Part shown: in pieces, positions 43,655 to 55,274 of the stretch
Layout of the letters: the number at the start of each line of letters is the position of its first letter
Position numbering within the stretch: the first letter of the stretch is position 1
DNA from: Lingula anatina
Lineage: Eukaryota; Animalia; Brachiopoda
Direction of reading: 5' to 3'
Assembly: GCA_051362555.1 (NCBI GenBank)
Contig: CM120646.1
Location: 7,006,001 to 7,070,000 of the forward strand
DNA: 64,000 nucleotides
The notes under the pieces: generated by a model
The model's input: the letters and a program-made list of their open reading frames with translations, nothing else
Databases searched by the model: none
Told to the model about the DNA's origin: nothing
Made by a program: the position numbers and the translations under genes

Positions 43655-46600
43655 ATGGCGGAATACCTCGCTTCGATTTTCGGCACAGAAAAAGACAAGT
43701 AAGTGGCATGCTTGGTGTCCTTGGATGTCAAAGGGACAGATTATAGACACTTTAGAATTTAAAGCATTAAATGCAGTGGAAGTCGCCTTATGCAATACCT
43801 TTATTTTTGGTAGAAATTATCCTTTACCTGTGCCGACTTGTAGGTCACAAAGGAGAAGGCATGGTTTTCGTATGAGAAATTTTGCTTGATGTCAGTGTAA
43901 CGAGTATTTCAGAATGGTTAGAGTTAATTGTTCTTTATTTTCACATATTTGTAAAAGGAGACGCTTGTGTTTGACTTAAAGTCCCGATAGTATTGGACCT
44001 TGCACTTGTTAAAAAAAAGCTTTGTTATGATGAAAAATGTATCGGTTATCGATTTTGCTGCTCGGCAGAGATGTGTTCATTGTCCATTCTTTCAACATGA
44101 AGTGTAGTTCTCTTTTTAGTAGAAGTTACAAAACAAATTTACATTTTTGCTCTTACATTTTTTCTCCATCGCAAAAAAAAATGACGCAGAGATATACAGC
44201 TGATTTGTTGGTGATCAATTAGCAAACATTTAGTTGGGTGATTTTATTCTGTTCAAGAATGTATTTTTTTTAAGAAGAACCTGTCTGACATTTATAAAGC
44301 AGTAAATTTGATAACCTTTCACATAAGTGCCTCTTATACAAGTAATTTGTTTTGAATATAATTTTCATGTTAAAGGTAGTCACCAAAATGGTAAGATACA
44401 CTCCAAAAACACATTTCAGTGGAAAAAAAAAAATAATAATGTTGATTTTGAAGCAGTTAAGTTGTACATTTCATGTTTAAAAACTATATAGTAACTTTTG
44501 TTGTCTTTAAGTTCTGGTTTAGATGTAATCTCAAGTTAAGAATTTTAAAAGAAAAAAAAAGAGCAGTGTCTTTTTCGATTTCTGTAGTTATTGATTTAGC
44601 TCAATTTGTACATGTTATGTCCTGTGGACTACATCATCACTGAAAGTTTAATATTATTTTGTAGAGTAAACTGCTCGTTTTACTTCAAGATAGGCGCATG
44701 CAAGCACGGCGAAAGGTGTTCCAGGTTACACAACAAGCCAACCTTCAGTCAGGTAAACTCACACTCAAGATTGTGCACACGATGCACAGGGTTACGACAT
44801 GTAGACTCCCTACATAAAAAAAAAGGTTTAAAACTTTCCAGGCTAGTGTCCTACAACTGTATTCTTTATATTCCAGAGTAAACTGCTCTTTTTACTTCAA
44901 GATTGGCGCATGCCGCCATGGAGAAAGATGTTCACGGTTGCATAACAAGCCAACTTTTAGCCAGGTAACCATAATTGATAAGTAGGGAGTCGCTTGTGTC
45001 CTCCGCGGCCTGCTACAATCAGGAGTAAGGTATTGTGGGTGGATCAAATGCCTGTTGATTTTTTCGTTTGTTAAATTGACAACTAATGCAATAATTTCTT
45101 TGACAGCTTTAATCTTCTGATTTGTAGCCCACAGAACACAATTTTGGTAGAATGAGAACGGGATGACCAATTAAGCAGGTTATTTTTTTGTAGAATTTCT
45201 TTTTCCATTCATTCTATTTATACAGACACAGGTCCGTATTGTAAGTTAACCTGTCACCTCACGTCACAAAGACGAAGCAGCAGTGTCCCCCAGGTTCAAA
45301 CTTTGAAGCTCAAACTCTCTTTGTTCTGTATTCTCTGTTTCAACAGGTACTTGTGCAGATACTCTCCTCAAAAGCAGTGTCCATATGCAGACTTGCTCAA
45401 AGAGAAGGCCATGAACATGGATCAGTATGGGAAGAATGACCTCTCCCCTGTCAACCTTATGAATTATACAGGATTTTTTATTTGTTATTCATTGATCTTT
45501 TCTCTATTTTATTTATTATTATAATTTTTTTTTCACATTAAAACCTCTGAAATTAAAATTTTTCTTGGATACATTGAGATTTCGTTCAGATATTGCTCTT
45601 TTTTATTTCCCTTTTGTTTTGATCTTTGAAAAAAATATTTGAAAAAAAAAATGCCAATTTAAGTAAACATTTTGAAAAAGAAAGTGCACCAACAATATTA
45701 AGATCACTGGGTTGCTCTATCCATGTGCCTGGTCTGGAATTTGACTTTCCCGTGCTCTGAATGTGGATACTGCATTTTGGTCAGAGTTGTGTGAGCCTTA
45801 TATTGTAGATCTGACCAATGAAACCTGGGAATGTCCGGCCCCAAAAGTGCATTAGCAGGGTGTTCTTAGACCCAACAGCCAATATTGTCGTGCCTTGAAT
45901 GCAGATACTTCTGAAAAATATGAAGAGTGGTTTGAGCCTTGCTTTGTAGATTTGACCAATGAATCCCCGGGTGCATATATGAAAGAATTATATTTTTTTA
46001 AACAACAGGACTCGTGTTCAACCAGTATTTATGGAATTGATTGTGTGATTGTCAGTTAATGGGTGCCATGTTTTCCTTTCTTTTATCAGACAATCCTGCT
46101 GGTGAATTTGTATCATAACCCACAGAATACAGCACAGACTGCTGATGGCTCACATAGTAAGTAGTGTGTAGACTTAAGAACTAATCTGGGCTTTTAATTC
46201 TCAATACTTTGCTCAGTTTATGTAGTAGTGAATCTGTTAGCGGAAACAAGTTTCTTTCACTTAGTGGAAGATGTAGATGATGATTCTGCAAAATAAATAA
46301 TTTATTCTGGACTGTAAGCAAGCAAATGTCTGTACATTTACACCATGGCAAGTGAGTAATGAGTCTGATATGAACATTAAAAGTATCCAGATTCCTGCCT
46401 TTCCTTGGACTAACTGGTTGTCTTGATTCATTTCAGCCAGTATCACAGATGTTGAAGTACAGGAACACTACGATGAGTTCTTTAATGAAGTATTCACAGA
46501 GGTCGAGGATAAGGTATGATATAAGGATTTTATAAATGCCGAGAACTTGAAAATTTTTTTGAGCATTTAACATTTTCTTTTGTAAATTGTTTTAAGTTCG

Positions 46601-48172
46601 ATTTAGGAGTTGGAAAAATTTAAAATTATCTGTTGTGTACAATATGGTAAGGAAAAAAACCCTGCAAGTGTTTGTTGTTTTGATAAAAACAAGTTAAATT
46701 TCTACCACAGTGATTGCTGCATTGTACTTAGCAGTAGAACTGGATTTTGACAGGATTTGAATAAGCAGAAAAGTTATTTTGTCACTATTTTACATGAACT
46801 TGTAGCTGGGGTTTTGCTTAAAGAGTATGTTTTTGATACCTTTCAGTATGGTGAAATTGAGGAAATGAATGTATGTGACAACCTAGGGGACCACTTAGTA
46901 GGCAATGTCTATGTCAAGGTGGGTCATGGGCTTTTTGTGACAACTTCACAAACATCACTTTATTCTAAAAATATAAAAAGTAATCAGTTATGGTTAAATT
47001 GTGGTGAAGTAGAGTTGTTTTTGTCTGTTGGGTAAATTTTGGTCAAAAAATTTTGAGTTTTTAGAAAGAAATATTGTGTAAGGTACTCTTGGAAATAAAA
47101 TTATTTTATCCATTTCAGTGACTTGAACTTGATTCAAGATTCATGTAGAAACTTGCATTTGTTTCTTGTATTTTCCTAGTTTCGTCGTGAAGAAGATGCA
47201 GAGAAGGCAGTGGCAGACCTGAACAATCGCTGGTTTAACGGTCAGCCTGTCCGAGCTGAACTCTCACCAGTCACAGACTTCCGTGAAGCTTGCTGTAGAC
47301 AGTATGAAATGGGGTGGGTGAACTTCACATCCAGTTTTTATTTTTATTTTTTCTTTCCTCTCTAATTTCCATTTTCCGTTTTATTAGGCGAATATTCTAA
47401 CCCATTTTGAGTAGAAATATTTTGAGAGAAAAGACAAAGATAATGTAGATGACTAGGTAGACGAGTGATAATGACAAAAAAAAGTTGATGAACCAAATGC
47501 CCTAAAATCCAAAGGATAAATTTTTGACGATTTTTGACATTGGTCAGCTGTGTCCACAAGCAATTTAATGGCCTGGAATAATCAACAGATTTCACACATT
47601 TCAGGGAGTGCACTAGAGGGGGCTTCTGCAATTTCATGCATTTGAAACCAATCTCCAGGGAGTTGAGACGGAAACTGTATGGGAGGCGGCGGCGTAGAAA
47701 CAGAGAAGTGGAGAAGATTTGTTCAGCAAAGTATGTACTATTTTTATTCTCATAGGGCCAATCTCCTGAAAAAAATAAAAGCAAATATTTAGATAGGAAG
47801 ACTTTTCTTATGAAGAATGATCTAAAATTATGTGTAACTTGGTAATTCTTTAGGTCAAACATTGCTTGAAATGCTTTTCTCTAGCTTTTGGTAAAGAATA
47901 GCTTGTAAGTCTTCTACTGAATGTTATCTGTAGTGTGACTAGTTACTAATACTTATGACAACAAGATTGGATTTATAGGCTTATATGCTTTTATTTTTTA
48001 TTTCAGGTCTCTTCCTTTTGACCAGTCCTCCCGTTCAAGGTCGCGCTCACCAGGGGGTCGTGGGGACAGGCGCAGTCGTAGTCGAGATCGTGACAGACAC
48101 AGAGACAGAAGTAGGAGTGGAAGTCGTGGGCGGGACCGACGTAGATCAAGAGAAAGATCAGGACGATTTTAA
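43655..48172 (+). CDS. U2AF1: Splicing factor U2AF 35-kDa subunit, 257 aa
   Basis: Exons 43655-43698, [44665-44752 or 44877-44964], 46090-46156, 46437-46513, 46847-46918, 47180-47313, 47605-47730, 48007-48172. [66 protein letters not shown] tail ending RERSGRF. Confidence 0.98.
44665..44752 (+). CDS. U2AF1: U2AF1 exon 2a (ZnF1, K28 variant)
   Basis: 88 nt with tag|...|gtaaac junctions. Encodes [29 protein letters not shown]. Confidence 0.88.
44877..44964 (+). CDS. U2AF1: U2AF1 exon 2b (ZnF1, canonical R28)
   Basis: 88 nt with ccag|...|gtaacc junctions. Encodes [29 protein letters not shown]. Confidence 0.92.
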
Positions 48173-49569
48173 TAAGTTTCAGGCTAGCTTTAGTATAGTT
48201 GCCATCCAACTGAATAGACATTGAGAACCCATTGAGAACCACTGGAGTTCTCTTTCATCACCAGGATCACTATCATTGCATTGTGATTTGTGACTTTGCT
48301 CCACCTGCGTACTGTGTATCTCAATCCATACAACTTAAAAAGACTGATACCCAGGAGAGTAATGCTCTCATTATTGCCCAATTACCCCCCATTTTCTTCC
48401 ATTTATTGGGGATGAGACACAGGAGCAGTGGTCTGGATAGTTTAAAATCTTTTCTTTTTTTTTTGTAAATTGATCTTTGAGTAACCTCATTTATCGATCA
48501 GATATAACATTCGATGTATGCAGATGTTGTTTTTAGTTGTTCACAATACACAACAAAGAAAAAAGAAATATCAGAGAATAGTTCATTTCATTCTCTTCGT
48601 AAAAATATTCTGAAATATAATGCAAGTTTGATAGTAACAATTTGAAGAGAAGACTTCAAATTTGTTTTGTATGTAGTAAGACATTTTTTACAGACAAAAA
48701 GTTAATAAATAATTGTACTCTAATATGGGCTTACTTTGTCAATGATTATCTGCGGTGATGTTAATTTGGTACTTCACTTCCAATCTGTTTTACAGACAGC
48801 ATTTTATCTGCAGAATTGCTGGATTCTGAGATCGTTAACTATGGTGGCAATCATACCCCCAGCAGATCATTTGTTTTGTGCAGCTCAATTTGGTCAGAAA
48901 ATTAAAAAAAAACACACACACACACACACACACACTCATGTCTGGTTTTAGAAATGGAGGCAATGAAAGTATCATCTTGTCACTTTATTCGAGCAGCTAC
49001 AAGATTGTACAACTATTGATATTTTTAAAATTATTTCCATCCTTATAATTTTCTCTTGTAATTGCATTATCATGTTCAAAAATGTCAATTTCAATTAAAA
49101 ATTACACTTATAGAAGTCAAGAAATTATTCAGAAACTAAACAAATGTAATATAACAAAGATAAATATCCTACCAATATATAATAAAACTTCACAAATGTA
49201 TACATATCAAATATAAAAACAAAAACTGACATGAAAGAAAAAGAGTAAAAAATATTGATAAATATCACTAGAAAGTCCTGTAAAACATTTTGATTTGTTG
49301 CTTTTGCAAACAAGCAAGTGCTTGGATAAGGAAGACCACAACAGATCTCTGCACTTGCATTATTCATCACAATTCTCAGAACTGTTTCTAAGCTCTGTAG
49401 TTACATGGTCACATCTTATCCAATGAAATGGCACTCTCATGGAAATCCTAGTCAACTAAGCCAGTTAACCGACAGCTTTCTCAGGATTTCATGTTTCAGT
49501 GTCAAATTCAATAGACCCCTCTAATATTTGTCATTGGCTAATTAAAATTTATACAATTATTTACATAAC

Positions 49570-49649
49570 GTTTTGGTCACCTCTTGACTAGGTTCAACCT
49601 GAAGCTTATCCCAGCTCTGGACAGAACCTAGCCAAGAGGTGACCAAAAC
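49570..49649 (-). other. 80-nt hairpin in the annexin-like 3' UTR region
   Basis: 26-bp stem GTTTTGGTCACCTCTTG(A/G)CTAGGTTC. The single mismatch is a G-U pair on the minus strand. Confidence 0.7.
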
Positions 49650-49969
49650 TAAGTCCATAACTGCTTTGTTACATATGTTCAGGAATTTCAAAGATAAGTG
49701 AAAATAATTAAGACACATCGAGAACTTGTGATTATGTGCAGTTAACTGTACCTAGCTCATGCAGTGGCCATCGAGGTCCAATATGGCAGAGTTGACTACG
49801 AGGTCATCTCACTGAAATAGCTGACCCCGCATGACTGCCTCTTGACCAATCAGTAAGGGTCAAAATTTGTTATCAATGATCATGTAACTTTGTCAAATAC
49901 TGCCCAGTTCAGACACAAAAAGTGTTCATGTATGGTCATTTGAAGATGAAGAAGCTGGTCAGCCATTCC

Positions 49970-52900
49970 CTAGTTCAGTAGTCCTGCCCTGTGTCTCTGT
50001 AGTATGTTCACCATCAGCTGTCTTGCCTCCTCGTTCTTACACTGGGCACGCAATTCCATCATCAGCTGAGTGAAGTGTGTGCTTTCATAGTTCTCCATCA
50101 CAGAGGTTAACATGCCCTGATTTATAAGATGTAATGAATTTTTAAAAGTTTCAATTTCTGGATTAATATATTTTTCTCTATGTGTAAAATGGTAATATGC
50201 AAAACACCAATTTAACTGATTTTGAATAAATTATATCCAAGGCCAAATTTTGGTTTTAAATAGTGATGACATTCTCAAACTTGTTGTCAATTATTATATA
50301 CCGGTGGTAACAACAGCAATTTTAATGAATGCACAAACTAATAAAATCAGTCAAATTTACCATTTTTAAGTCAAAATCAGTCCTTTATAACATGGTTTCT
50401 TTCTTGGTTAGAATGGTCACTGACAGCTTATAGCACATTTGACATATATTAAACAACACCTACCATAGAGCAATACCATAGATCTGTGTACATTATAACA
50501 TATTCACCAGTTTAAAGAGCCTCTAAGGAATAAAACAGATAAAGAATACCTTATGATGAGACCAGACTATGATGTACAGAGCTCTGTTAATGCTGTGGAC
50601 CTCCTGAGAAGGGAGCAGTCGCTGGAGTGTCTGGGCATAGTACAGGGGAGCTGTCCGGATCACTTGAGCTGAAGTAAAATTAGTATTTGCCAGGTACAAA
50701 ATGTATCTTAAAAAATCATCTTATGAATCTAAATCCTCTCCCCACATATTGTCACATTATCACACAAACACTCATTTGAATTTATTATAGGCAATCTGAA
50801 AATCAGCATCTGTAACTTAATTACAATATATATAATATGTAGCCATGTAAATTGCTTTTTCCATCTAAACAGGACTTCTGAATTTCACAAGAAAGGCTTT
50901 AGTTTATTATAACTATTATAACTAATAATAATAATTGACCATAGTCTATACTGACAAAAAAAAGACAAAGTATATATCTGACATATGATATACAAAAGTA
51001 ATGGCGTGCCATGGATATTTTTACTAATTTTACACTGTTTAAAAATTCAAATACAATATCCTTTACAGATACTTCAACATTATGTTTTCATTTCAAGAAA
51101 GATGTTTGGAATAAGAGTTCCAATACTGTAATTAAAACCTAGAGGACCACCCCTTACCTATTACAGACATGTTTTTCCTTGCCTCACTTTGGTTTGTATC
51201 ACAGTAATGCTTCTCTATCTCAACTGTTATGTCTCTCTGACATCTCTGCCATATGAAAAATATGTAATAAATGTATTTTTTTCATTGTCTAATGAAAATA
51301 ATTCCTCAACACTTTTGTAAGTTGTAACAATTATTTCTGTCAAATCGACTCAAATGGAAATTGATGGAAACCTAGCTCTTCATCTCTTTACTTTAATAAA
51401 TTTGAAAAAAAAAAAAAAAAAATGACACTTGGGGCATTTTGCAGCAAAATTTACCCGAAATTCTTCTCAATCTTAGCTTTATTCTCTACAAAAACAAATC
51501 GATATGCTGAGTATTAAAAAAATCTCACCTTTAAGTAAGACTCAAAGACCTCTTTGGTGTGTTTCCTGGTACTGTTAGATAATAATTTAAAGAAGACATT
51601 GTCTCCATGAAAGAGATTCCCACTTTCTACAGCTGATATGACAGTTTCAGTTTCCACGCACTCAGTGGATTCCATGCTACTCTGAAACTGAGAAAGAAAT
51701 CATCATTATTTTTGCTCATCTTCAAAGTACATGTTAATAGTATATGAAACAGAAAAAATTCAATATCATGCTGCAGTACAGATCTACTAGTATAATGTGA
51801 CTTTTTTATATAACTAATGTTTAGAGTTGATGATGATTTTTTTAAACAGAAAGTGTGCAGTTGTTTAAGACAAAAACGTTATCTTTTTTTCTCTTGGTAA
51901 TCACTCAATCACAACCTGACTGTCAAAGTTTGAAAAGCAAATTGACTGAATGAGGCAATGTTTGGAAATTATTAGCAACATTTTAAATAATTTGCATGAC
52001 ACTTCATGCCCCAATTTAAAGACAATGAACTGCAAAAAAAGTAAAAATCTGCCCTATTTTTTATTTTAAGCTGGACTCCAGGAGTTTCTGTGGAAAAAAA
52101 ATTAACAAGTGATGCATTCCAAGATATGCCCATTTTTCAGACTTCTTCTACTACTGCTACATGATGCTATAATATACAGATACCTCTATCAGTGACCTTA
52201 AAGCTTCAACAGTGTCTTCATCTCCAAAGTTTCCATTTTGTAATGCATCAGCCAGGGTTTGTCCTTCACACTGTTTTGTAAACTCAGCACTAAAACCCTC
52301 CACATCTTCCTCATCACAGCTCGCAAACATCTCACACAGACTTTCCAAATCCCTGTGTTCAATGCATTCTTTCAGGTAAACTGCACTGGCCTTGACTGTT
52401 TCCTCAAATAATAAAGTGAGTCCAAATTTCACAGGGTCTTGAAGTTTGTGGGCACATGCTTCTGGAATGCTCTGCTGGTATTTCTCTTTGAATGCTTCAT
52501 TCAGCGCAACTGGCATTTCTTTACAGGCACAGATGATACTCACTGCTGTTTTGCCTTCTCCTACGAAAGAAAAAAAAATCCAACACATTAAGACATTTTC
52601 TGATTGAGGTATCCCAGATCATAGGCTTATTGAAAAAAATTCTCTCATATTCTGCATCACATTTTTGAACAGGGATTTTTTATAATTAAAGTAATCTTAT
52701 CATTCACCGTGTCTATACTACACAAATTTTGGTGAAATAAATATCTAAAAGATTTAAGGAGAAATACAATATTAAACTGTGCCCATTACTACATTAAAGC
52801 AGTCATGTTCTCTTGAACCAGACGTACAAATTGTGGAGCAAATCTGATTTTCATTCACAGCCTAACATTAAAATGGAAATTAGTAATCTAAAGCAACAAC

Positions 52901-53154
52901 ATAATATCAGAGGCAGGCCACCTTTTTCACAAAGGAATAAAACACAATCTCATTAAAACTGTTTTTTTTTTTCGCAAAAAAAAAAAAAAAAAAAATTGTG
53001 ACCAATACCTATCCATATACTTACCTCTGTCAACAGCTGTTTTCAACTCCTCTGCCAGCTGTTCTGTTGACATGGATTTAAAATCTTTTTCGGCACTGCT
53101 GCTGGAATTAGGATTGCCGGCATTCCCGTTCTCCTTGGAATTAACACAGCCCAT
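49970..53154 (-). CDS. Divergent annexin-like protein, about 339 aa, with N-terminal MGC acylation motif
   Basis: Exons 53025-53154, 52184-52560, 51529-51687, 51158-51245, 50550-50668, 49970-50116, all in frame. Annexin-type helices AFKEKYQQSI, VFESYLKRCQRDITVEIEKHY, PLYYAQTLQ, VMENYESTHFTQL. No GxGT calcium loops. Confidence 0.75.
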
Positions 53155-53816
53155 CCTGGGGAGCTGCACCAAGCAGTGTCAGTCAAATGAGGGCAAAGTT
53201 TCCTGGGTTAATTACGGCAAAGTGTCAACTGCTGCTCATTGTCATCATGGCACAGGAATCAACACTGAGTACTGCAGCATGTTTCAACTACTAAATGCTG
53301 TAATGTTATAAAAGCACATAAGGTCAAACAAGCAAGCAAGCAAACAAACAAACAAACAAATAAATAAGATTTTTTTCATGAAACAGTACTGGAGGAATTT
53401 TGGCATATACACAAATCATATCTATTGCTATTTTTTAATCCAATGAATTTTCCACTCGAGTTCATTGACACTGCAATTCCCTTTGTGGGATACATAGTTT
53501 CACTGATGTCCAAGCTCTCCCTCATGTTGCAATGAGCACAAGTAATTAAGTGTCATAGTTTGACTTCACTCTGCTTACTAGTGCACACCCGCATGCACAA
53601 CACACAACACGCTCAACACAGAAACATAATAAAGCAGTTTACTCTCCTGTTTTCAAAGATTTTCATTTTAGTACTTTTAAATGTTTTAATATTTAAAAAA
53701 CCACCTAAATGTTCCCATCCTAAGAGTCATCCTCACCAGTTTACCCCGCCTATTTACCAGAACCATTTGGGAAAGAAATGCACGTACTAGTAAAATCCGA
53801 ATGGAAGCTCCGTTTC

Positions 53817-53864
<48 letters not shown>

Positions 53865-54289
53865 AATCATTCATTAATGAATTTCCAGCCAATCGCTTCT
53901 GAAATACCATGATATTTGATCACACTGTTACTATGCACAGAGTAATTGCTTGTTTATTTATCGTATTATTCCTCGTTTTCCGTTATTCCTAACAGTATCA
54001 ATTTATGAGAATTTCAATCATAAAATAAGTTCCAAATGTTCAGTTTAAATTAGGAAAAACACTTTTGCACAAATACTGAAAGCAATGTCAGACAACACAT
54101 GCTGTAGCTTACCAACACAGATGCAACTAGTAATATTTGCTAACACGAAAAGGGCAACGTATGTATGCCGATGCATCATTAGCCTGGTTTAGGCCTCAGA
54201 AGTGTTCAAAAGAAAACGAATCAAAGACCTCTAGTAAGCACGTTGGCTTGCACCCCTTTAATGTCTATATTGGTGTTGGTGAATAGTGT

Positions 54290-54327
<38 letters not shown>

Positions 54328-54551
54328 GGGGGGGGGGGGGGGCACGATGACCTTAATCTGACCGTATGGTGACCGTATGGTGACCTTGGCCTGGCGCGAT
54401 ATTCGTTGTGTAAGTAGGCAAGAGAACGTTGCTGACTTGTTGTTATAAGGTAACATCACTTAATATCAATGTTTTCTCCAACTTGGACCAATATTGACAA
54501 GAATTATTTCCCCAAGAATGAATGCGGTTCGGGTCTGTTAATAACGTTAAC

Positions 54552-54807
54552 CAGGGGCGGATCCAGCCAGGATTATTTGAAGGGGATGCGAAGCCTACTC
54601 TAGCTCCTCCTCCCCCCCCCCCCAAACTTGGCCCAGCTGAAGGACCCCGAAAAATGGGTATTTTAGAGGGTGAACTATACCATTTGGTGCGTTTTAGAAC
54701 TATGATTTAGCTAGTCAAGAGGGGTCCAGAAATCGAAGGGGGGTACGTGGGGGTGGGGGTAAGGATCGACGTACCCCCCCCCCCGACCCCCTCTAAATCC
54801 GCCACTG
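54552..54807. mobile_element. hAT-like MITE related to 23259-23521
   Basis: CAGGGGCGGAT...ATCCGCCACTG ends. Shared internal TACCATTTGGTG..TTTAGAACTATGA. TSD degenerate. Confidence 0.75.
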
Positions 54808-55274
54808 GTTATAACGTTATTTTGTGTTTGTGATACTGACAGGCTACCTGTAACCCTGTGTATGAGATGTATAATGGAGACATAGGCCTATTGCTCTGCC
54901 TGTGTTTTCCAAACAGCTAGCAGGCCTATAGGCCCTATAGGCCTATACCGGTAATATGTGCACACAACAAGAATTACAATAATAAATAAATAAATAAATA
55001 AATAAATGAAAGTGTAAATGAGAATAACCTGTAGGCTATATTTTAAAGTTTTGAAAAAAGTATACATTGTGCTTATGATTCAAATTAAAAGATGCCAGCT
55101 AGGCCTACATTATAAAGAATTGCCAGTACTGGGTAACATAATATTTTTGTTTCCTTATTTATTCATTTTTTAAATTTATTTATTTATTTATTTATTTTTG
55201 TTGTTTTCTCTCTTTTGTTTTTCAGTTGTTCAGGATCAGAGTAAACAAGACTGGCACATCCTAGATAAACAACA

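Noticed and set aside
44665-44964. Duplicated U2AF1 exon as an assembly artefact
   Set aside because: The copies differ at 15 of 88 nt, almost all synonymous, and the flanking introns are unrelated.
47362-47862. 166-aa antisense ORF
   Set aside because: Shadow of U2AF1 exon 7 and its introns, with no coherent protein.
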